Positions 53,094-64,000 of a stretch of DNA of 64,000 nt are shown piece after piece. The position numbers and the translations under genes were made by a program. The notes under the pieces are model-generated. The model ran no database searches, was not told the DNA's origin, and saw only the letters and a list, made by a program, of their open reading frames with translations. The DNA is from Eledone cirrhosa (lineage: Eukaryota): the NCBI GenBank assembly GCA_964016885.1, contig OZ024758.1, positions 372,001 through 436,000 of the forward strand, written 5' to 3'. Positions within the stretch are counted from its first letter, which is position 1, and each line of letters opens with the position of its first letter.

Positions 53094-54410
53094 TAATTAA
53101 ATATACCCTCCCTTCTTGTATTCCAACACCTTATATATATATATGTGTGTGTGTATATATGTGTGTGTGTGTGTTATGTATATATATGGGTGTATATGTC
53201 TGGGAGAGAAAGAGAGAGAAAAGTAAAATGGGAGGGAAAAGTCAGAGATAGGGTATTTAATTTAGTATTCAACCCTACGAGGGAGTGTCTACTAAGACAA
53301 CTGACCTGGTAGACATAGCAACTAAATCTCACTTAAACCGCGCTCTACGGCCATGAAAGAGAATATATTGGGTAATGTAGGACAACGTATATTATATCGA
53401 CGAAGTAGGCTTATCTGATATCGGAATAAAAGGCTTGTCATGAATTGAATGACTTTGAACCTGGTCCATCAACACTGACAACAACGACAAATTAATATAA
53501 AAAGCAATTGATAGTTTGTATTAGATTAGAAGTTTGCTCACAAGTATTAGCAGCATGTCAAATGCACAATGGGTATGGAGTTTAAGGAGGGACACAAAAT
53601 AAAAACCCCAGTCACTGAGGAAGTTATAGAATGTGTGACGAAAGAGCTTTGACAATATATAAACAACCATATGGTTATCGAACCAACCATCCAACCAACC
53701 AGAAATTTATAATAAATTGAAGTGAAAGCCAACAAATACGTGTGTTTTTATTGGCAGCATGACCCTCCCAAAGTATAACATATATATAAATAAGTTTATA
53801 GAGAAATTCCACATACTCATCGGATTATCAACCACAGTATTTCTCACAACACGCGTTGGTTGTTATGAAACCTAGTGTCGGGCTGTATTTATACATACTT
53901 TTATATATATATATATAAACACGTCCCTACACATACATACACATATAAACGTGTGTGAAGATTTGTTCATATTTCCACATTTACCTGTGTGTGTATATGC
54001 GTGTTAGGAGCTCTGTTTTATGTATTTGTATATGGGTGTGTTTGTTTGATTTTGTATGTGTTTATTGGTATGTGTCCATAAGTATCTACACTGCAGCACA
54101 TGTAAATATCCATGTATAATATATTCTTCTCATTCCGATCACCACTTTTATCTACACTAGATATGTGTCTGTCGTTTTTGGTAAAACGTCGTGAGAGTGT
54201 GGTATATATAGATAGATATAAATGTATATATATAGAGAGAGAATAGGGGAGGGTGAAGAGAAGAAGAAAAGGAGAGAAAGAGTGAGAGGCAGAGAGTGGA
54301 TATTAAGTTGAGAGAGACAGAGTGAGAGAAATAGATAGACCTGAAGAGGGAAGGGATATTGAAATAAATAAATAGACTTATATAGAGAGAATAGGGGGAC
54401 CGAAAAGAAG

Positions 54411-54470
<60 letters not shown>

Positions 54471-55019
54471 AGAGAGAGAGAGAGTAAGAGAGAGAGTAAG
54501 AGAGAGAGAGAGAGAGTAAGAGAGAGAGTAAGAGAGAGAGAGAGAGTGGGAGAGAGAGAGAGAGAGAGAGAGAGAGCGAAAGAGAGAGAGAGAGAAGGAG
54601 AGAGAGAGAGAGAGAAGTATATAGACATGGAAGGGATATAGAAAGAATGAGATGGGAGAGTAAAGAAAAACTGTTATGACAGCTGTTAGAATAGTTTCGT
54701 CATGAATAACAGTGAACGCCACTGAAAGTTTCTGCTGAAAACCTGGCATCAGGCCGTTCTTGAAGAAACGATGAGAAAGCTATGGGTGTCTAACAGCTCC
54801 TCCTTGCGGGCAGTCACTGCATGAATGTTTTTACTTATCGTCTTCTTTTTTGTATTTTCATTTATGCATTATTTTTGTTTATTTATATTTTTGGTTTGTT
54901 TATTTTTTCTTTCATCATTTTTCTTAAATGTTTTGATATTTCTTTTTTCCTTCTTTCGTTTTTTTCCTTTTGTATTTCAAAATATATTTTTTTAAATTAT
55001 TTTTCACTGGTTTCCACCC

Positions 55020-55188
55020 ATCGGTAGAGGATCGGATGTCATGCTTTGAAGCATAGATTTACCTCCCTGTATGATCTGAGTTCAAATCCCGCTGAGGTTA
55101 ACTTTGCCTTTCATCCTTCCGGGGTCGATAGAATAAAGTACCAGTAATGCATTGGGTAATTGCTGGCCTTGTGCCAAAAGTAGAAACA
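55020..55188 (+). mobile_element. Deu/Nin-type SINE, short form
   Basis: Consensus match, followed by ATTATTT. Confidence 0.9.
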
Positions 55189-55478
55189 ATTATTTATTCA
55201 AAGTAATCCAACTTATTTTACAAAGGGGGTAAAAAAAATATTCTGGACGCAGTCCCGCACTCCTTTCTTTATTATAGTTTAGATTGACCAACAGTTAAAA
55301 ATATATATATAAATATATATATGTATAAGCTCTAAGGGTTCTTTCGACACACAACTTTGGCCAATTTTTCCCGTGTCCAGGGAAAATGTGTTAGCTAATG
55401 TCTATTGAAGTGAAAATCAACAGGTGCGTGTGTTTGGTACACCCAAGTATAACAATATATATGGCACTCCCAAAGTAT

Positions 55479-55561
<83 letters not shown>

Positions 55562-55676
55562 TATATATATAATATATATATACATATATCTATATTATAT
55601 ATATTATATATATAATATATATATATATAATATATAATATATATATATTTATAAAGATATCATATATATAAATATA

Positions 55677-55741
<65 letters not shown>

Positions 55742-55752
55742 AATAATAAAAG

Positions 55753-55803
55753 AGTTTCAGAAGATCCCGCTAAGGGTGAAAGCAGCGATTCTTTGCTTAA
55801 ACT
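55753..55803 (+). ncRNA. Family A hammerhead-like fold, third copy
   Basis: Identical to 16351-16401 except one loop-II base (GCTAA vs GTTAA). (TA)n lies on both sides. Confidence 0.7.
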
Positions 55804-55814
55804 TTAATCTGTTC

Positions 55815-55913
<99 letters not shown>

Positions 55914-57047
55914 GTATAATATATATATATATATCCGCGTACACACTCCACTCACATTCACATATCCCCCCTCCCCCCCACGTATATATTGTTCTCTGTG
56001 TTCTCTGAAGTATTCACAAGAAACAAAAGGTTCTACACTTCTGTGTTCTATCTTTTATATTGCCCAGGCGATGTTTATGATTAAAAGAATGTACATATTT
56101 TACAAAGCGCCAATACTTGAAATTTACTTTTATAAACTGCTTCAAACTTTACTTCATACTATCTAGCAATAATCGTGGGAAAAGTTATATGGAACATACA
56201 ATGAACCCAAATATGGAATGCATTGCCACGAGCTATTAGAAAATATCAGATGATCGTGGAATAAAATATATGCGAAAGACTTTCATTGCCATTGACTCTA
56301 AATATTATTTATCAATCATCCAATAATATATTAGCAATATCTTGCAGAATCCTAAACTAATCAACAAAACAGAGGCTGAACAGGATTGATGTTGTTTTTT
56401 TAGCTCCAGTTCATTCTTGATCAAACGCGTTCCAGCTGTGACCATCACATTTTCGTCATGGGCGTGGTGTATCACAGAAGGTCACATTAAACAATGTCCT
56501 TTCTATTTTACGATGGTAGAGTAAAATTTGTGAGATATGTGGCTACTATTTTTAACAGATCGAGCTTTTATATTCTGGTAATTTCGGTTGTAGTGTAGCT
56601 TTAAACTCGGTATCAATAAAACTGAAAAGATATATTCAGTAAATAGACATCAATAAATACTCTCTTAAGAAAGCTCAGCCCTATTGGTCATTGTTTATAT
56701 ACCCAGAAATGTAATGTCTTTATAAGTTCCTTGTTGAGACTTGTCGGTAGAAGAGCCAGTACACATAATATCTATAGTGCATGCATCCTCAACCACAACA
56801 ACAACAACAACAGCAGCAACAATAATAATGGTTTTTCTGTACCAAAAATCTAGTCTAGGACATTCAGTATGGAAGCTATGGTTGTTAACTTTTATGAGAT
56901 TCCTCTGAAATATCTTCATTTTATGCTTCAACGTGAGGGCAGGGTTACATTGCCACTCCCGGATCACTAAGTGCTTCATCAAGATTCAGATGCCTGAATA
57001 TCTTTTAGATCTCTGGATGGATATTATTTAGTTATTTTAGTCATTGT

Positions 57048-57171
<124 letters not shown>

Positions 57172-57315
57172 TTATGTATATATATATGATATATATATAT
57201 ATATATTTATGTATATATATGGTATATATATATATATATTTATGTATATATATATATATATATATTTATGTATATATATATGATATATATATATATTTAT
57301 GTATATGTATATATG

Positions 57316-57348
<33 letters not shown>

Positions 57349-57366
57349 TTAAGTATATATATATGG

Positions 57367-57507
<141 letters not shown>

Positions 57508-57890
57508 GCTGAAAGAGAAATAGATGAACAGAATAAAAGAAAAAAGAACAGAAATGTGATTGATGATTAAATAAATTTATTTCCTACGAAGAGAAAGCAA
57601 TATCCAAGATTCTTTACATAATTCCTACAATGAGTCGGATCTTACGAACAGTTTTTTTAAAATATATTTTTTACCGTTATCTCTATCTCTGTAATTGATT
57701 CAATAAACAGAAACGATGCAATTAGTTCCAGACATAGACGCAGCACTTTCAACGTCCAAGTCTTGGAAAGATCTACAAATCACTGCTGTCAGAATTGCGT
57801 GTGATCTTTAACTAATGAATTGAGACCCATAAACAACTTCATCATGAGGGTAATGTTGAATACTTTGTCTTTGTATATTTTATCTAGGAA

Positions 57891-58100
57891 AAAGGTGGTG
57901 GATTGGCACAATCGGTAGAGCGTCGGACAATATGCTTTGTGGTATATAGTTACGTCTCTTTACGTTCTGACTCCAAATCCCCCCACGGTTAGCTTTTCCT
58001 TTCATCCTTTCGGAGTCGATAAAATAAAGTACCAGTAGCGCAGACACCCCTCCCTCCCCGCAAAAAAAAAGTTATTGGCTTTGTGCCTAAATCAGAAACC
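57891..58100 (+). mobile_element. Deu/Nin-type SINE, long form, full length
   Basis: Consensus match. 16-bp TSD AT(A/G)TTTTATCTAGGAA. Confidence 0.92.
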
Positions 58101-58279
58101 ATGTTTTATCTAGGAACACACACACACACAAACAATGTAATTACAATTATAGTCCAACATTAATTTCACATTGGCCCTTATCTCTTGACATACTTCTGTA
58201 AAGGAAGCGATGTAATATAATAAAATGACAATACGTCCTTCTCCTCCCCCCCTCCCCCTCCCCCTCCTCCTCCTCCTCG

Positions 58280-58311
<32 letters not shown>

Positions 58312-58362
58312 GTCATCGTTACCATCGACATCATCATCACCATCATCATGAACATCATCATC

Positions 58363-58421
<59 letters not shown>

Positions 58422-58706
58422 TACAGATCCCCCATCATCATCATCACCACCATCACATGAGGAGCATAAGAAAGAACAAAGAGATATTTTGTGTTAGGTA
58501 AAGGAATTTCATTTTATCGTATCATTTACGGTGTTTGTGACAGCCAGCGTGTATGTTCCTCTTTTGGCTTGGATTCTAACGTCATTCTCACATATACTGT
58601 TAACACAACTGTCTGTTGTACTGAAATACCAACAAATGCATTATACTGCTTTTATTGTTATTGCTGCTGACACTGCTGCTGATGCTGTCACTGCTGTTGT
58701 TGTTGC

Positions 58707-58772
<66 letters not shown>

Positions 58773-58780
58773 ATTACATA

Positions 58781-58926
58781 AACGGAGAAAGCTATTAGCG
58801 ATACTCCGACCAATTTCCAACTCACTCAACAAACATTAGGAAATACCGGAGTATATTCCCAATTAAACGTTTGGGGTGCTAACTATATTGTATTGTGGAT
58901 AATTGGCTGTATTATTTTATATGAGA

Positions 58927-58930
<4 letters not shown>
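58781..58930. mobile_element. Family G, copy 2
   Basis: Collinear with 12852-13002. Flanked by (TA)n. Confidence 0.75.
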
Positions 58931-58960
<30 letters not shown>

Positions 58961-58964
<4 letters not shown>

Positions 58965-59158
58965 GTAGAACACTGGTGAGGTATATCCACAGTAGAAGAG
59001 CACTCACTCCATGGGACGAGTCTGGTAGAAGTAGTTCCACAAAAGTTAATGCACCATTTCCTAGAACAATTTGTTCGGTTTAAAACGAGCTGATGATTCG
59101 TTTGAGGCGAAACAAATTGTTCTCGGAAATGGTGTATGAACTGTTGTGGAACTACTTC
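58961..59158. mobile_element. Family B inverted element with hammerhead at 59086-59125 (+)
   Basis: Antisense tail 58961-59075 abuts (TA)n. Then CGAG-CTGATGA-(12 nt, weak stem II)-GAAA-CAAATTG-TT-CTCG and a sense tail. Confidence 0.75.
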
Positions 59159-60306
59159 CGTATTTATGTTTTGCGTTTCTCTTACGCTTTCTAAATAATA
59201 TTCATTAGTAACCAGACAGCGCCTGTGTCACTTTTTAATTCATATTAATTTATTGCTGTGACTCCGTTCTCTCGTCTCTGTCCTTCCTATATCGCTTGTT
59301 GTTGTTAATTCGGTTTTGAACTCAAGTTCAGCCAATTTGAATTAACTCTTTTCCTTCTTTCTTTCTCTCCCTTTTTCTCTCTCGAGGCTTGCCTTAGCCG
59401 TGCCCCGTCCGCCTGCGCACTGGCCTACCTGTTATACGATCCCTCGAGCATGCTCCTCATTGCGGACAAATCATACCATCCTCAACTGGTGTCTATCAAG
59501 GCAATTCATTGAGCCCACACTCCACTCAGTCGTTCCCGCTCTGGTGAGTGTCAGCCTCGATATCGCGGCCTCCGTCTCGGACGTGCGATCATCATTCCAT
59601 CAGGTTTTATAAACTACTTTATAGTATTCCTTATATACATTTATATATGTATAAATTAGCGGTTTTCATATCCTCTAGCTGGTAAGTTCAGCATATTTTT
59701 GATATGTACCTTTTAATCTTAGAATCTGCAATAAATAACACTCCTAACAATTTCAAAATCTGTTTGACACTCACCTCTGAAATGACAGGTCATCTTAGCG
59801 CAATATTCTTTTTTTGTATTTTACAAAGGTTCATTATATTTTATATAAATTTCTGCAGCATACTTTCGACACTAACAGATTCTCAAAGAATTTCAAATAC
59901 ACCTATAAGGTATCAGTTCTCAGCTCGTATTTGTCAGAGCTGAGCTTTGTTAACTTCAAATAAAAGCATATCTATTTCAATAAAACACATTGGTTTTCTT
60001 TCTTTATTTTTATTGCATTGATAAGAGAATGTCCCCTAGACTTGATATAAGAGAATTATATTTTTTGATAACAACAACATAAATAAAATATATAACAATA
60101 GAAATATATAAACGTATAAATAAAAGTTAAATAAGAATAAAAATAGTGAACCTGTATCTGAGTATGTGGAAACATAGCTGAAATAGGTAAAACAATATAT
60201 TTTAGGTAACAGCTAACGTAAAGAGGTTAATTAGTGTGCCAAGACCTCTTTCATATCCACACACACATACATATACAGTTTCTCTCTCTCTCGCACTCTT
60301 TATATA

Positions 60307-60435
60307 TGAGGATCCGAATAAGGTGAAACAATTGTTCTCGGTAATCGTGAACTGTTCTGGAACTACTTCTACCAAACTCGTCCCATGGACTGAGTGCTCT
60401 ACTACTACGGATATTTAACCCTCCAGTGTTCTACC

Positions 60436-60436
<1 letters not shown>
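60307..60436 (+). mobile_element. Family B copy truncated inside the hammerhead core
   Basis: TGAGGA-TCC.GAATAA.GGT-GAAA-CAATTG-TT-CTCG plus full tail to GTGTTCTACCA, then (TA)n. Confidence 0.8.
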
Positions 60437-60474
<38 letters not shown>

Positions 60475-60589
60475 TTATTTATAGGTGGATTCCAGAGATG
60501 GATATCGGGATGACCACTGTTTAAAAATTATTCGATACGTTGGTAGAGTATAGGCATATATATATATATATATATTTGGACTGTTATTG

Positions 60590-60688
60590 TAACCTCGATG
60601 GGAATTGAACTCAGATCCTAAACTGTCCTAACCAATGTCATAAAGCATGTTGTCCGACGCTCTACTGATTATGCTAATCCACTGCCCT
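60590..60688 (-). mobile_element. Deu/Nin-type SINE head fragment
   Basis: TAACCTCG..GGGAATTGAACTCAGA...GCATGTTGTCCGACGCTCTAC...AATCCAC. Confidence 0.75.
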
Positions 60689-61493
60689 TCTATTAATATA
60701 TATTAAACACACATTAATATATCTCAGTGTGTGTATGTATGTGCATGTGTGTGTGTGCATGCGAACTCAATTTTGTGTGGTTGTGTGTGTGTGTTTGTGT
60801 GCAAGCTAGAGTTCATTCCTTGCACATGCACATACTGACCTATTGACCAATATAAGTGTCCATCTCAGAGTCTGAGTCATCAAAGACATCAAAGACATGT
60901 TCGGCGCGTGTCATTTTGTCTCTCTTTCTTTAGAGACTTCCTCTTACGCCCTCTCGTCTCTCGCTATCTAGTCCCCTCCTCTTTCTATACCTTCATACTC
61001 TATCTTACCCCACCTTTAAGTTGTTTTGTATCTTTCGTTCTTCCCCACCTCTCTCTTTTATTTTTCCGTCTCTTTGCTTCTTGTTTGTCACGCCAGTTCA
61101 ACGGCTATGTATGGGGACATGACAATGTGTGTATGTTTGAATGGATAGGTGTGCTAGTAACCCCAAGTATGATCTTATGTTATTTATTGTGTTTTTGTTG
61201 TGTAACTCCTAAGGCGAAGCTGATCGAAGGACAATCCCCTCTTATCTGATAGCTTATCTTTGTGAACTGCATGCAGAAGGAAGTGTGTTATTTGAGTAAA
61301 GCTTGAGTCACAATTTCTAGTACATGGAGTGATCAAATAGCGTTTGTATTTGCGTTCATATATTTCAAAGGTATTACATGTTTCGCTTCGAGAATCTGTG
61401 TCCGTTTATACGGCTATATACGTAGTATGTTACTGTTTCTACAGATGTGCGTTCCAAAATGTTTATTTATTAAACATACCGTATATGTACGAA

Positions 61494-61623
<130 letters not shown>

Positions 61624-62130
61624 GTGTGTGTGTATGTGTCTGTGTGTGTGCGTGTGTGTGCGTGTGTGTATATATATGTATATTATGAATATGCATATAT
61701 ATGTCTAGCATTTCTTGTGAGAACCAATACGTATATACATGCATGATATGTTAATAGATGTTTAACCAGTATATAAGAACCTAACCTAGTTACTTCCCGC
61801 TATTCATATTCTCCCTACTACTTCATTTTTATATCATTATTCAAATATTTATTAATTCCCTTCTCAATGAGTCTCTTTCTTGCTTTACATTCTGATCTTT
61901 CTAATTTCTGTCTCCTATTAACCTTTCACGTGAAATCTGTGTTTTTTTTTAATACGGCTACTGACCTGAGGTACTAGATACTGACATGCGCATTGAATCA
62001 AAGTAGCGAATATACTGTATGTTTAGAAATTTAATTACTGTATATATTCCAAATACTAATAAGAAATTACTGCTTTCCTATCTTTGGATATCCAAGTTAT
62101 CAGAAACTATGAGATTAGTTTAATTAAGTT

Positions 62131-62271
62131 ATAATTGAGACATCACAGCTCCGATATTACGGACATGTGATTAGACAGTCTCAGGTAAGAATCGTTGGAC
62201 AGGATTTACGGGCAAAACCAACCAGCAGAAGACCCAGGGATAGACACCGAGAAAAATGGTTGGACGAAATC
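62131..62271 (+). mobile_element. RTE-clade LINE 3' fragment
   Basis: IETSQLRYYGHVIR...KPTSRRPRDRHREKWLDEI, the RTE-type L.(W/Y).GHV.R..R.RGR...W.D.I C-terminus. Confidence 0.65.
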
Positions 62272-62911
62272 TATGTGCAAGCATACACACAGCCACACGT
62301 GCACACAGCACACACATGTATGTATGGACCTATCTATATATCAATCTATCTATCTACCTTTATTCATTTCTACTTTTCTTTCTATTTTACTATTTCTTTA
62401 TCATCTTCCACGAGTCTATCGCATCTTTTCACAAACTTGCGCAATAATCTCAGATCTCCACTCGTCAGATGTCAATTAACGTGATGAGATGGAGCAGTAT
62501 CAAAGACATTTTTCCTCCCGCGGTAAACAGTAACAATAACAGTAACAGCAATACTTACAGAAAAAAAAATATAAAAAAGAAAAATAACAAAAAACAAACT
62601 AGAAACAAAAGAAAAGTAACTGCAACTTCAACGCATGCATCACTACCAACAACAACTATAACACTACTGCGACAATAACAACAACAGCAGTAACAACAAC
62701 AACAACAACAAGAACAACAAGAACAACAGCAGCAGTAACAATAACAACAACAACAACTGCAATAACCGCAACAAGATCAGCATTAACACCAGCACTACCA
62801 ATACCACCACCACCACCACCACCACCAACAACAACAACTTAAACGGCTTTTTTAGCGCTAATTCCAATGTTAAAAACAACAACAATAACAGCAAGCAAAA
62901 TGTCATCATCC

Positions 62912-62979
<68 letters not shown>

Positions 62980-63229
62980 GTCATAAATAAATCAGAACAA
63001 CTATAAACCTTCGGCACCAACACTAACACAAACACCGCAGCAATAACGACAATAACAATAGCAGCAGCAACAACAACAGCAACAACAGCAGCAACAACAG
63101 AAATAGCGGCAACAACAACAAAAACAACACGCAACCACATAACGAGTGGATCATCACGTAGAAATGTATAAGAGACATTGAGAATCGTCTACCCGTCATA
63201 TTTCGCTGTAGGTTAAAAACTGGGAAATA

Positions 63230-63425
63230 ATCCATATGGCGGTAGTTAGTTTATTCCAGACTTCGTCTCTACCGAGAGAAGATGAGAAGCCTTTCGAGCT
63301 TACTAGCTTCCGGCAAAATCCTATGCCGTAATGTGATGTGGTTTAGAGGGCGGACAATACGAGCGAAATGATTGGATAGTGTGTCGTGTGACAAGATTTC
63401 TCCAAGTATGTCGGCCATTTTAACT
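63230..63425. promoter_or_regulatory. Candidate TATA-less promoter motif cluster
   Basis: YY1-like CATATGGCGG (63233) and CGGCCATTTT (63412), ETS-like CTTCCGG (63307), GC box GGGCGG (63348), inverted CCAAT (63371). Locally CpG-enriched, apparently unique DNA. Confidence 0.3.
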
Positions 63426-63806
63426 CCAAGAAATAATAATAATAAAACAAAGAAAATACCTGAAGATTCTCGTGAAGATTCAGTTTCGTCGAAAGATGAT
63501 TTTTTTCTAGGTTTTTAAAGGAACTTTTAATTCTGGAGAAGGATACATTTGTATGCTTCGATCCCGTGTATTTCTGATTATTTCTATCTCGTCTGAAATA
63601 TGGTTTCAATTCCTATGATCTTCATTCAAATTTATTCATAAACCTTCTCATAAATCGCTGTTGGGAATGTATAACGACTAATTCAAACTCTTTAGTTCTT
63701 GCCAAGGAAATTATGGTTCCACGGGTGTTTCCAGGGCTGATACGACAAAGTTGTCACTTAATGATGGTGATGATGACTATGATGTTGCTGTTACTGATGA
63801 TGATGG

Positions 63807-63841
<35 letters not shown>

Positions 63842-64000
63842 TTATTAATGATAATCATAATGGTAGTGGTGATGATGATGATAAGGATGTTGATGATGAT
63901 TATGACGATGATCTTGTGGCTGATGATAATCACGATGATGAAGGCGATGATGGTGTTAGTGGTGGCGACGACAACGATGATAATGGCAACGTCAACCAAT

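Noticed and set aside
63455-63515. CTGAAGA...GAAA...CTA possible hammerhead
   Set aside because: Stems I and II do not pair in register.

Overview
AT-rich, microsatellite-saturated eukaryotic non-coding DNA. The SINE families and repeat texture suggest an octopus or other coleoid cephalopod genome (inference). I found no credible host protein-coding gene; nearly all track ORFs are translated (TA)n, (CA)n, (GA)n or triplet repeats. Supported features: one tRNA-Val(AAC) gene or pseudogene; about 13 copies of a tRNA-derived Deu/Nin-domain-type SINE, many with TSDs; a second SINE; hAT and mariner MITEs; decayed CR1-group, RTE and RLE-type (R4-like, CRE-like) LINE fragments; and several minisatellites. 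The most striking signal is a set of short non-coding elements, mostly in or beside (TA)n tracts, from at least seven unrelated sequence families. They carry minimal type-I hammerhead ribozyme (HHR) folds and are often arranged as inverted pairs whose junction falls at or just upstream of the ribozyme. This matches Penelope-like-element (PLE) pLTR biology, but with family-fixed core variants (CAGAAGA; U.U at the base of stem II). A second signal is repeated (TA)n-centred inverted duplication of local DNA. All folds were read by eye; no searches or folding programs were run.
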